A DNA stretch of 62,863 nt, counting the filler, from Catajapyx aquilonaris (taxonomy: Eukaryota), in the NCBI GenBank assembly GCA_000934665.2. It is 2 parts of 2 records of this genome, joined end to end, with 100 filler letters (N's around TTAATTAATTAA, not from the genome) between each part and the next. Parts side by side here need not be neighbours in the genome. Positions count along the whole stretch, not along the records: positions 1 to 31,317 come from JYFJ02004542.1; positions 31,418 to 62,863 come from JYFJ02004543.1. One strand, written 5' to 3'. The notes under the pieces were generated by a model, which saw only the letters and a program-made list of their open reading frames with translations, made no database searches and had not been told where the DNA came from. Below, in pieces: positions 26,512-39,700 of the stretch. Position 1 is the stretch's first letter; every line of letters begins with the position of its first letter. Position numbers and translations under genes: made by a program.

Positions 26512-29500
26512 TCATTGCGAATTATTTGGGAAAAAGTCCCTATAGCGAATAATAGGTCGAAGAAGAAAAAAATAGAGAAGTTCCAAGCCGCTGATGAAAC
26601 TGAAGCCAACGAAGAGGCCAACAATTCCTCCGAAGGCGGCTGTGAAAAAAAACGGGGGGGAGGGGGGGGGGAGAGAGAAAGTATGTTATAGTATAAACTT
26701 GCGAAGGGGATTCACAAAAATTTTAACCTGACTATGAAGCAATATACTGAACTTTATCTACACACATGATAATAATTAAGAATTTATTTTTACCTCAGAA
26801 TGTGACTGTTGAAACTTTACAAACATTGAATCAGTGTGTTGATGGAACTAGATATGTGAAAGTGACCTTATCATATAATTATTGTTATAATAATGGATCT
26901 CTATAGGCTACACGTCTACACAGATGCCATTACTATGATATTACATCAGAGCATGTTTTGCGTCTTGAACTAATGCATAATAATTTTTTTGTGACACAGT
27001 ATGTAGATTTATTGCTTCATGGTTATCCGCCAATTTTTTAACGTCATCATATAAGTGGCCGAACATTACCAATGAGGTCATTCCATGTGTACAGCAATTC
27101 TCGACGGTATAGCACAAAGCCCAGTTCTTTGAAGTAAACCTTCAGCAAAGACAGATTTGCCCTGGAAGTTGTTTTTTTTTTTTGAGAGAGAGAAAGAGGA
27201 TTTGGTTATAATTCAGCAGCAACACGTTACACGTACTGTAGTATGGAAGAGCCATACTTTTCAATGTCACCTTTGCCATCGGGCAAAGCGACGTCTTCAG
27301 GTTTAACGGGGAATTTGGCTGAAGTGATTTCCGGAATGTAGAGGGATTCGTCACAGTCGCCTTCACACTTGCATCCAGTCATGGCTTCATCATTATTTGT
27401 TACAGAGTCGTCTCTTGGCTTAATCGATGCAAATTTTTCTGCCGATTTAAAAGGTTTAAAACCGTGCATTAAAATGTGGTCAGATTCAAAGTGAACATTT
27501 CTGGCGGCAAACACACGCATAAAGTTTATCCCTTATAAATACTGTAATTAACTAAATATTACATAATCAATAGTGCAGTATTAGTTTAGGCTAGTTCCAT
27601 GAAGACTCTGTTTATACCAGTGCAGTGGCTTTCTCGTCGTGTAAGTCACAATCCTCTTTATACATTTAAATGACTCGAATGACATGAAAACATTAATTAG
27701 CACTTAGATAATTCCTATTACACCCTTTCCTAATATGTTAAGTTTGTGTTAAAAATTGAACAGTTATGCGCCATAACTGACAGTGGGTGTCACGCCGTAT
27801 ACGTAAGTCACGCGTGGAATTAGTCTTCAGTATAATTAAACCTAGTGCTCATACCTGGTCTTGACAATGATTCTGATATTATTTTACACAAGTGACAAGA
27901 TATGAATAACTTGGAAGCTATAGGAGTCAGTTCAAATGCTGACGGCACTGCGACCGAATGAATTGTTCAAACGGGATTAGAACTTTAAAACTAAATTAAT
28001 ATAGTATACTGAGCGTCTAACTTGTATGGGCGTTGATGCAGATCACTCCGTCATACTTGCAGAGATTTCCGTTTGCTGCAAAATAATTACAATTTAAGTT
28101 AAGAAACTTTCATTAAATTGAACAAATAATAAATAATAAACAATAATAACAATCAACAACTTACCGCCTTCCAGAGCAAATATGTAAGGGGTGCAATTGC
28201 AAGTCCTATGCATGGAATATACTTTGCAATCGAGATGACAGTTGGCTTCACTATACTCCGAATAGAAGAGAAGATCCTGCTCTTCAGTGAAGCGGCACGT
28301 TCTCTGATCGGGAGCAATGCTTTTGATTTCTTCGTTGCTGTAGGTGCTTGTTGCTGTCATAGCTGCATACACTTCTCTCCCGCTGCTTAATATGAAACCT
28401 TGAGTTCCAACGCTGGGAAAGTCCATCGGATCGTGAATTAGGACCTGAAAAATATTTAGTCAAAATGAGTGGTACTTGTTAGTTGGACTTACACTTCAGT
28501 ATTGAGCCTCTGAGAAGTGCACTGCAATACCTTGAATCCGTACATGTTGTCAGTGTTGGCAAAATATTCGTCGTTGTCAGGGTTGAGCATGACTGTCAAT
28601 CCCATGCTGGGGCCCGCGCCAAACACCTTTTTTTCTGAGAAATCGCTGTCTTTTGGGTGTCTCCTTGTACCTGACTGGAGAGGAATGGTTCCTCCCGCAA
28701 AGTTTTTTTGCAATTTGGCGGTTTTTGAATGGGAATCATCAGCGTTCCAGTCGTATATGTCGTCACTCTGTACACTACAGAAATAGACACTCTCGTAAGC
28801 TACAGCATGCTCAATAAAATTAATGTTACTTATAAATTTGCCAGAAGCATACATACTCGTCCTGGACTTTCTGTCGCATATTAATGGAATTGAATCCCCA
28901 GCAGTATCCTTCGTCTGTTCTCTTCAGCTCGAATAGTTCTGAGCAGTTCTTTTCTTTTCCAACCCACCAGCACCTAACCAGCATTCGATCCAAGGGATGC
29001 ATAACCTGACACAATGGAAGGATATCATGTTCATTTCTGTACTGGTTCAGTGTGCATTAATTTACCGTTTCCATCAAACTATTTATGTGCTCTGCATTGT
29101 TGTCTATGGCTTCCTTGACTGATGCATTGAAATGATGAAGCTCATCCACTGGTATTTGTCCCAATTGGGACATGACGTCGACAACTTCTTCTACCACAGC
29201 CAGAGGGTAGTTTGACCACCTTGTGCATGAAAGGGTGCAGTGATAGTAAAGGGAACTATTGTTAAATATTAGGATTGCAACGTACGGTTCTTTTCCCGCT
29301 TCCTCAGCAATTTTGGATTTCATTGCCTTATTAACATTGCATATTGTGACCCCTGGAAACGCTATGTTCCAAATAGGCTCTCCAGTCGACTCCACAGTTG
29401 TTAACATTTGGGCATCAGAATACTTCGCAAAGAAAGGTCTCAAGAAGAATATGGCTCCAGTTATGCAGATTATGATGCATAACAACCAGAAACCCCTGGA

Positions 29501-31067
29501 AATGTTAGATATTTGAGTCTCACTGTTGGCTTTTGGATTATTATTATATTTGATACAGTGTCATGCTGGAATCCTGACCTTTCTATCCAGTAGCTTTTGT
29601 CATCGGTAATGTACTGCAATCCGTGCAGTGAAGTATGATCGCAATAATTTTTAAGGCACCAGTAAAGGAAAGCAGCTTTGGTTCTTTTTTCAGCCGCTGT
29701 GAGACTTGCATATGACGGGTTATTTGTCAGGCCCAATTCTCGTTCCCAGTCATACGTTGGCACCACTGTAGGTCCTCTTCGTAGCAGAGATCCAAAAGGA
29801 AAGTTGATTCGAGTTCCTACTCGGTTATTTCTGGGCTGGACCCATCTCGGCTGCTGATTTCTGTCTTGGAGCACCCTGTCTACGGCATTCTTCCACACTG
29901 AATATATGTAAAAAATTGCAATAGCCAATTGAAAAGTGCGAATGTAAAGTACAGCATAATAATACCGTAAAATATTACTCACTGATTGTCGTGGTGCAGC
30001 AACGTTCTGGTGAGCGATTATGTTAGGTCGGCCTGATGAGACTAATGAATAGTCTGTCATGACTCCAACTATACATAATTATGAAAAAATAGCGATTGCT
30101 CTGTGTATAGTTACGCAAGAAAACACTGGCCTAGTTGGCCTACTACATAGCTACGAAACAGGTTACTACAAACATTGCCAATCCCATTTCCCGCATGTGA
30201 AGATGTCATTTGTGATAACTGACCATCATGTTTATACAGTACATTCTCTCTCTCTCGGCCTTGCAGGTAGGCCTGTTATGTTAAAAGGATCACCACTAAA
30301 ATCTCAAACAGCGAAAATAATAGCTATTTGAAACTGATTCAAATTACGTAGCAAAGTTCTATCAATACTACTCAAATGTAGCTCACTGAAAATTTTGGTC
30401 AAAGAATAAGCAGTGAGGAATCATGCAATGCAATATTAGTGTATTAACAGCAAAACTATACATACTGATAGTGATTCAATGAAATATGGCTTTTCCTCCT
30501 TTCATTCTCTGGCACAGCGCACTGCTCGTCTTTCGCGAGACGCCGATGGAATACTGCACGACAGGCTTTGTTTTTACTATTACATTAAATGCTTAGTGAC
30601 AATCCATAATCGGGACTGATGAAAACATACCGGTTGGCACCTGAGGGATTTTGGGTTGTACAGGGGGCCTAGCATGTGAAATAAATCATGACGCATGTTT
30701 TTGGTTGTTAACTGCGGGATATTGAATCAGTCGGTTTATTGTCGGGTTGTCAACTACGATCCTGATTACGATATGTACAATATGTCATTACAGATTTGCT
30801 AGATTGGAGAGGACATTTTTTGCAACTATTTTCTTAATTAACAAGTACTTCCAGCATGGAGTGGTCTTTTCATGTGCGTGAGGAGTGGCAGAGAATGCTT
30901 GCGGGACCAAAGTCATAAGTCATAAGTCATAAAAAGAAGGAAAATATTGTGGAATCATAATTATCAGTAAATATCGTTGACCTGAGAGTCGGTCTTGCAT
31001 GAAGATAAGGCGGTGGGTGAGAGATTTGTATTTATACAGGAATCGAAGTATGCCGTACACTTACCAT
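26512..31067 (-). CDS. Pickpocket-type DEG/ENaC amiloride-sensitive cation channel subunit
   Basis: Spliced exons encode TSLHG, TM1, FPGVTICN, RTDEGYCWGFN, a Cys-rich ectodomain (YSEANCHLDC, CNC, CKCEGDC), ELLYTWNDLI and TM2 AFGGIVGLFVGFSFISGLELLY. Stop at 26514-26512. The 5' end (ATG 31067 plus a 10-nt exon) is tentative; coding is well supported from 29897 downward. Confidence 0.9.
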
Positions 31068-31317
31068 ATTGTAAAGTGTAGTGCTAAGAAAAAAAGCGTC
31101 GTGTACATCGCTCAAAAAGATAGAGACGATTGGCATTTGATTCAAGTGCAAGTTGCACTTGAGTCAAATGCAAAATCGTCTCTATCTTTTTGGGCAATAT
31201 AGTACATTCTGCAGCATACTATCTATAATATTAAAATGCTTGCGTTGCATGTATAAGCCCTCTGATTGGTCCGCCCCCGTATTGTTGCCGCCACCTCCTC
31301 CCATTGGCCCCCGTCCA

Positions 31318-31417
31318 NNNNNNNNNNNNNNNNNNNNNNNNNNNNNNNNNNNNNNNNNNNNTTAATTAATTAANNNNNNNNNNNNNNNNNNNNNNNNNNN
31401 NNNNNNNNNNNNNNNNN
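31318..31417. other. Assembly spacer (44 N + TTAATTAATTAA + 44 N)
   Basis: Exactly 100 bp and symmetric. The central 12-mer gives stop codons in all six frames. Confidence 0.9.
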
Positions 31418-32012
31418 GCCCCCCCACCTCGCAAAGCGAGTCTAATACATATAAAGCCCCAATCCGACGAGGAGGATGAAAAAGATTTCGTACTTCCCGA
31501 CGTCGTAGAGACCTCGGACTTGCGCCGTTGGATTTCTAGCCGCCGATATACCGATTCCAAAAATCCTCATAATCGCCGAATTCCCAGCCGTTTTCGAGAC
31601 CGCCAAATTAAATGTAGACGCAAACCCGAGATCGCTAAATTAATGTATCCGCCAACTCCCCCGGATCCCCGAGAACAATAGCCCACCCCCCTCTTCTCCA
31701 GCCGCTGTCACTCAAACCAGCCGCAGAAGTTCGTTAAAGCCCGAGAACAATAGCCCTATCCATCACCCGCTGACTGGTCCTTTCACTCTAATCCCACCTA
31801 GCCTTTTTTCATGATACGTCACCTAGGGCGCATTTTAATACTCCACACCCTTGTGGACCGTGACGTCATGGGTTCTGCAAACGGATGGATTTCTGTAACC
31901 GGATGGATCAGGCGGTACACGGGCACCGCGCCGAAGGCGCGCACGTGGGGCGCAGCCCCACGGGGGGGTGTGGGGGGGGCGGAGCCCCCCCGCCTCGCAA
32001 AGCGAGTCCCAG
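31418..32012 (+). mobile_element. Probable tandem non-autonomous Helitron-like unit
   Basis: The motif GCCCCCC-C[A/G]CCTCGCAAAGCGAGTC occurs at 31418 and again near 31984. The first copy runs into TCTAATACATATAAAG (TC start); the second is preceded by a cluster of GC-rich mini-hairpins (31926-32005). Confidence 0.45.
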
Positions 32013-32211
32013 TAATGAGGCTGCCCGACATATGACTCCTACACTAAATCGATCCTCTGGTGGCTAGGAAGGCAGTCATATACGTCGGGGCACTGAGTTC
32101 AGATACACCCTGTATAGTGGAGCCACACAGCTGAGCAGTAAACCTGAGCCGGCTGGACGACCGGGTCTTATTTCGATATGAAAGCATCCCCATATATGAG
32201 TGCTTTGCTTA

Positions 32212-32996
32212 CAGTGGCGCGCCCACGCGGGGGCGGGGGGGTTGGCCCGGGCCCCCCGGCCCTTGGGCTGCCAAAGCGAAAAAAATTACGATTATAATAG
32301 TTTAGAGCAAAAAAAATAGAAATAAAAATGTGTAAATGTACAACTAACTGCAGCGTGCAGTTCTACACAATTTGTGCAGTTCTAAAAGCCAAATGTGCAG
32401 TTCTGAATAAGGATTTGTGCCAGGGGCGGATCCAAGGGAGGGGGTCATGACCCCCCCCCCCCCCAAACCGGGGGAAGTGAAATATTTTCTAAATTTTAAT
32501 CTGCAAATTATGATGATTTTTTGGGGGAAAAAGTGCTACCAATTTCATCAAATACTGTACACACCCATTCAAATTTCCCACATTCACCTAAGCTCGTGTG
32601 ACTTTGAACCCCCCCCAAAAAATTTCGCCTGCGGCGCTCTTATTTATTGCTTCTCGCCCTTTCCGACTTAGGACCCCCCCCCCACCCCACCCACCCAATC
32701 GAAAGTCTGGATCCGCCCCTGATTTGTGCAGTCAGAAAATAGCAGACAAGTCTGTTATCTCCGGATTCAACTGCACTTGTACGTTGGCACTCCTGGAATG
32801 CTGGAAATATTGAAGGGACCGACCTTTATACAGTGCTTGCTTGTATCCGATGTGAATACAGAATAGGAGGATTCCACTGTACTTTGTCAGTCACATTCCT
32901 GCATTCCCCTAAGCTTGTGACCTTGAACCTCCCCAAAATTCGCATGCGGCGGCATTCTTCGCCCCCCCCCCCCCTGGGATCTTGGGTGCGCCACTG
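32212..32996. mobile_element. hAT-like MITE (outer, older)
   Basis: TIRs CAGTGGCGCGCCCA / TGGGTGCGCCACTG. The 8-bp flanks match only partly. Confidence 0.55.
32421..32721. mobile_element. hAT-type MITE nested in the previous element
   Basis: TIRs CAGGGGCGGATCCA / TGGATCCGCCCCTG and an exact 8-bp TSD ATTTGTGC. Confidence 0.85.
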
Positions 32997-33713
32997 AGTG
33001 CGTAAGTCAGAAAAACGGCTGCATCAATACCATTCCACACAATAGCACGTACCTGCTGAGACTTTCTTCCTCAAAGAACTTTTCCGCGGTTAATTCGCTG
33101 CAGACACAGATTTGGTCAACATTAGCAATAACTCCCGCATGCATCTGCTGAATTAAAACTTCGCGTTAATAATATTTGACTGGATGTTCACCGCCAGGGC
33201 CTCTGGCGGGAGTAGACCGAACTAACATCGTGGCCCGTTTCGGGCTTCAACTCTCTAGCGTTGTGGGATAGGGAAGCTCGTTCACCGGATAGTTGTTCAG
33301 TCCCCAGTCCCAAATACGATAATATCGGCTGGTTGGTTGACACCGGTTGGTTCGATGCTTCGATCATCTACAGCGTGATCCCGTGATCTACAGATCGTCT
33401 ACCTCTCTCGCGAGGTTGACAAAGCTGGCTGCTGCGAACAGTGTGAAGCGCTGGCATGGCGCTGCTGCGAAGTGACTGCTGCAAATAGTGAAGAACTGGA
33501 CACGTGTAGCAGACGGTGTGTGGCTTGTCAACGACTGAAGTTGCAATCTGCCCCGCTGGATAGGTAATACAAGATTATCCTGGAGTTCTGCTTGAGAAAT
33601 GTTCTGACCTTTTAATTCACTATTTATAAACATCAGAAGGAAGACTAGGCAGAAAAGCTGCCTAGGTTAGATTCGTCGTAGTCGCCTGACGTCGATTATG
33701 GCCACGAACCCGA

Positions 33714-36700
33714 ATGGAAAGCGAACTCAAGGCAGGTGACATGTGCATAGAATACGTAGAAATTATTTTCTTTGATCAGTGACAACCAATATTACACTCT
33801 GTAGCGTATCAGAACCCAGGTATTTCATAATACGTAATGTGATGTTATGTGTACGGCAGGAAATGTGTTTTTCAGACTTGCAGTCGTAAACCAATCTTAC
33901 GTTTTAAATCCCTGAAAAAAAGTTGCTGTTGGTACAGGTACAGGTCCTGAAGAGGAACCAAGGGAGAAGCGAAGGTGCACAGAGCGTCCAGAATGCAGAT
34001 ACGGAGAGAACTGCTATCGAAGAAATCTAGACCACCTCCGCCAGTTTTCACACAAACACTGTAAGAGGTTTCATATTCTCACAGTTGTTGCACGCTGGAA
34101 GGAGAATGGTTATGGCCCAAGCAGAGTTTTGAGGTTTTATCATACCTGCATTTCATGCCATTAAGGAAACACCACTATTTTCTCGTGTGACGTATTTTTT
34201 GTGTGGAAAAGTTGGATATTCATGGGATTTTTGCTGTTATGTGGGCTCAATTGTATGCAAAGTATTGCACTATTGCCCCTCCTGTAAATAATTAAACAAC
34301 ATGTTCCATTGTGAACAAGTTTTTATTGCTTAGAACAATAACCAAACATGGAAAAGAAATTAAGGCACATTATCATATCCATACTTGTGCTCTGGAGTCC
34401 ACCATTTGCAGTCTGTTTGCAGTATTTATGGTGTCCATGTAGACTAAATTAATCTAGCTAGGGATGGAAGTGGCAACCAAACAATTTTGAATGGGTACTG
34501 AGGTTGTCAGTTTGTATTTGTAAATGTGGATGCAGATTTACACATAGTTGTCATGAATCATCACTTACCTTGCACATTTTTTGTGGGTTTGGCACCTATG
34601 CATTGAGTTTTTTCTTCTTAGGGTACAGTCATTACTATGTCTGACTCTACTATATCAGAAAATTGGGCCTGGGGATTGTGTGACCCTCTGGGGTGGGATC
34701 ATTTGCTTGTTGTCAATTTCTGGTGACATACCACAAGAGGTGATGAAACTTTTCTGAACCCTTTTACATATAGTGGAGGACATGATAGGAAAGGAGAAGG
34801 ACCCATCGTTATCTAGCATAGTCCTGGAACAGCTTGCTATTCTCTCAGATGTTAGGAAGAGAAGAAATCCAGGAACCACACAATGTAGATCATCTGATAA
34901 TAGCAAGAGTGAAAGTTTTGCAAGTTCCAGTGCGCAAGTAAGCATAAGTGAGAGACACTCGTGTTCTTTTGCTACCAAACTCAACTCAGCATCTCCATTC
35001 AACTTCTTCTTGACCAAGGTCAATGGTGAAGTGAAGACACACTCAGAGCCACTCACAATAAAATTCGAAGGTAAGCACTGCATAGGAGTTTTTGAAAATT
35101 GAATGCATTCCAAAATGTAAGTACAAATGATTGTGATTATTTCAGACCTTCTGTGCTCGAGCCTGGGTGAAATTCAATCATCAGTTCAGATTAACTTTAT
35201 GGTGGACTTAGATTGGCTTATGGAAAAATACACTTTGGGACAGATAACGTGAGTTTGTTCTTTGTCATGTGTTTTGGGTAACACATTGCATGCTGATGCT
35301 ATTAATCCTTTGTCTCCCATGTATACTACAGTCTGGAATAAGGTGTACCTCCTTGTTGAAAGTCAAATTGCCTTCTCAATGGCAGTGTCACATGCAGAAA
35401 GAGATGTGAGCTGTCTGCTCATATTTGTTTTTTGCATAGGTTTGCATAAATCTCAGTAGGTTCGTAAAATACAGATTATCACAATGGAATTTGAGACTGT
35501 TTTTAATTTGTAAAATGGCCACAAAAATGGTGTGGTGGGAATTTCAGTTACGAAAAAAGTATTCATAATTATCCCTGTCTCTCCCTTTTTTATGTATACA
35601 GTTTTACTGCACTTTCATCAATGTGCATAGATACAGTGACTGGCTTTAAAATGTGTTCTGTACTGTACTGTAGCCTATTATTAAGTTGAAATGAGATTAA
35701 CCCTAATAAGACGGGCATATCATATGCTGATACGGTAGCTTTAAAAAATTCTGCTGGCGAAACTATAGCGTTTTCCCACTATGTAACGTGGTTTCTGTGT
35801 GGCTTTTTAAAAAAATTTCTCACGTAAAAAATCGCTAGTTTTGGACTACAAAATCGTGCATAAATAAACCGGATTAACCAGATTAACTTGAATGAAATCA
35901 TGTTTTTGCGGCTGCTGAAAAAAAAATATCCTACCTTGACTGGCAAATTTTTGGCATACATAGTTGCCCCCAAACCTCCTCAAGAGATTCCACCCTAAAA
36001 TTAGTGCAAAAGATGATTCAATTGTTTTAAAATAAATTAATAATGTTCGTAAATGGCAATTAGTGGCTGGCGGGCGTCTGCGCACTTCAACGCTGGCCTC
36101 CGTGTGGATCGAGGCACGCATGCCCCTTGGGGTTTTTGAATAGCTGAATGTTTACATTAGTGAGGGGTTGTTTGTTTATGACTGCTGCACGTCTCGCAGT
36201 CCTGTGACGTAATTCATGCCATATGCTTATGTACTGCTTTGTTCAGCGGTGCCAAGGCTACATACCGATAATTTTTTTGTCAAGCAGGCAGAGTGACAAA
36301 AAATTGGAGTAGGCGCGAAACATGCACCTCTGCGCCACCTTGTTGTGCATTTGAGAGTTTCCACTGCGTATAGCATGAGAGGAGGTCACATAGATGGCCT
36401 CAGGATCAAGCCTGGACACGATCTTACTCACTAGTGTTTTCAAGTCTCGTCCCCCAAGTCCCAAAGTAAGCGAATTTTTTTCAGATACTTGCAAAAACGC
36501 GAAAAACCACCCGTCTTATTAGGGTTAAGAACCTTTTCTGGTATTAACTTATGTCATTTATTTTTCTACCAGTTGCGAGCCACTTTTGATAGTGTATGGT
36601 GCAGAAAATCCACAACTGTCTGACAAGACCCAACTGCGTCCATGGATTACTACTGTTAGGGTCAAGCCCAAATACCCATATGGACACCATCACACGTGAG

Positions 36701-39700
36701 TTTTTTTTTCCCCCATGGTAGAACTGCGATGTTTAATTGAAAGGAAATTTTTCCCTCTGTCTGCAGGAAAATGTCCCTCTTTCAATATAAAAGTGGAGAT
36801 ATAAGAGTTGTGATCCACACTGCCAATCTGATAGAAGATGACTGGGAAGAGAAGACCCAAGGGTGAGACAAATGGCAATAGTGATAGAGTGAATGACTGA
36901 TTGATTGGTTTTTAACAGCGTTTGGGTGAGTCCATCCTGCCCTGCAATCTCCAGTGGAAGTGGCGAGTCTCCCTCAGGATTTAAAGGGGATCTTCTTCGG
37001 TACATATCTTTCTACAAACTGCCACAACTGAGGGAATGGTTGGAGAAGTTACGGTGTGCTGACTTCTCACAAGTCAGGTTGGTTGCTACTATCAAGTGAT
37101 GATATCTCTGGGAAACATGCACTTTGGAAAATCTTGAACTAATTGGTGCACCTCAGTCTCATGAAGGTGATGCCACTTTTCTCAAATATCACAATTTTTG
37201 ATAATTTATGTCGCAGTTAGTGATTGTCGAACTACAATACTGCTTAAAAGATTGATGCCTCTATTTACTTTATGAGTACCGTATTTACTCGCATATAAGA
37301 CGCACACGCGTATAAGACGCACCCCGGTTTTGAGGCGAAAAATCGTGGAAAATCGGTTGTTGACTCATATAAGACGCACCCAGATTTATTGCCATAGTTT
37401 GGGAACTGGCCTCGAGCTGCCGGCAGCAACCTCGTGTGCAATGCATGTGCAATGCATGTGCGTGTGGAATCCATTAGAATCCAGTAAAGGGGGGCAAGTG
37501 GAAAATGGGACANTGGGACAATGCTACGCATCTGAAACGTATAGGTGGCAAGGTCACACCGGAATTGTGCACGTGTGTGGACGGGGAGAGCATATCAATG
37601 GAAGTGAAGGAGAAACGCAGGTCGTACCGTGCCGATTTCAAGAGGAAAAGGATCAACTGTGCTCACAGGACATCAAACCGACAAGCTTAAATTTTTCAAT
37701 AAACGATTTTCACGATTTCTCACGGGTTTCACCCGTTGTGCCCTGCCGTATAAGACGCACCCTACTTTTTGAGATACAAAAATCGGAAAAAAGTTGCGTC
37801 TTATATGCGAGTAAATACGGTACTTCTTAATAGTGGGTGAAAATTTTTCACTGATGACAATGCCAGCTTAAAACGATGTGTTCCAAAGTCACCCACTTTT
37901 CTGCCCACATAAACACAAATGGTGCAGCCTACTTGTGTTTTACAAAAAGATGGAAGCCCACCACAGTTTTCGCATAGCAGTTAAAGACCACGGCATGAAG
38001 TTCAAGACGCGAATTTCCATGTCTTCCTACAACATCGCCAAATATTCCTCTGATGTCATGCCATCAAGGGCCATGCAGTGGTGAAGTACGGGAGGTGATG
38101 AAATTCATCTTACCACCCTTGTTTTAACCATTTATCTCCCGCGAGGGATGTTGGACTGGTTATAACCATACCTCACATAATATTTTTTTACAATTCATTG
38201 GTATCACCTAGATGGAAATTTCTTTCGCCATAGCCTTAGGAAATCATCGTAGATTATATTATATCAGCATTTACCCCACCTGTGCGATATATTTAGGCCC
38301 CTAGTCTGGTGACCCTGGGTAAGCTTGCCCGGGGGCAATCACCATGGCAGCATATGTAAAAGGATAGCAGTAAACAACCAGTTACCCCAGGGGGCAAGCT
38401 ACCCTGGGTCACCAAACTATATACCTTAATGTAATGACGTCATATGTCAAAGGTCTCGTCATTGTAAACGAGTTGTAAACAGACTCTTACTGCACAAATG
38501 TAAATAGACATAAATCCCTGCTGAATTTTTCCCGGTATGTGGACCGTTCAGTGCAAAACCACAATAAAATCCCGAAATTCTGCGATACTTTTCGGCGGGT
38601 CAAAAATGCCGCATACGTAACTCTGGCTACGCCCCTTCCCACGTTTTCCCATCAGCCAGTAGGAAGAGACCTTGCTCCTGATTGGTTGGGACCACTGCTC
38701 CGAGCTCTCCGCTAATTAGCTTTAACACCTGGGCTGCCTGTTTTTTTGCACCTGGTGACTCAACTTAGAGCCTATTAAATCGGGCCTTTAAAATGTTTTA
38801 AACGGATGCTAATGTTTTCATAGTCCATTAATAATAATAATAATAATTGATTGGGTATTCGGCTAGCCCCGTAAGGGGCCTTCTGCCAGACCTTTATTTT
38901 GATGTTATACAATTTTGGGAATCCTATTTTTGAAGCGCCCGGGCCCACGGGCAGGATGACAGGAGGGGATGTGCAATTTGCAGTGAATCTGACGCTGTGG
39001 CCATTTTTAGTGAACTCCCCCGGGTGGTTTAGTCTGTAGGATATACCACCCGAGACGAAGCCAGAGGTGACCCCATAGTCCATTACAGGAAGTGCGGAAC
39101 CATATAGAATTTTCTTGTGATTTGTCAATGCATGATTGCCATCTAATAATAGACTCGTAGAGAACAATACGCCCCCTTGTCGCATATACACGGGAGCATA
39201 TGAGCTGGCTGACGCCCTCTCTGGAGGCAAAACTCAAGGTTGATGCATTTGAGGCTCTCTAGGCAACCTACCTGATGGTCCAGAACACAAATATACGGTA
39301 CTGTATCAGATACGGATCTGATATGGGCATTTGAATAATACTCGATGAAATGCTCGAAATCCAGAGGGAGATAAAGGGTTAAATATGAGTGTCTCCCTTA
39401 GGAAGTTTCATGCTTGCACTTCATATTCCGCAGGCATAGGTTGGCAAGCAGTGGATTCTGCCTTTAGTAAAATCCACCTCTTATAATATCGATGCGAAGT
39501 GCTAAAGGCAAAATCATCTGTTGGGATCACAACAGACAGTTGGCCTGAGCAGCACTGTAACTGCTATCCCATGCACTACCACCCACAGTAGCTAACTGAA
39601 CAGGGGTTCCATGAAGCTGGGGTGGGAGTGCCAGGGGGCTGCTTTGGATTATCTCTAAGCGGTTTTTTGGACTATGTGGATTTCTCTTCTGTGCCCACAA

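Noticed and set aside
38420..39405. 151-aa ORF at 38775-39230 and a possible Kolobok-like end
   Set aside because: No domain motif and no paired TIR could be identified.
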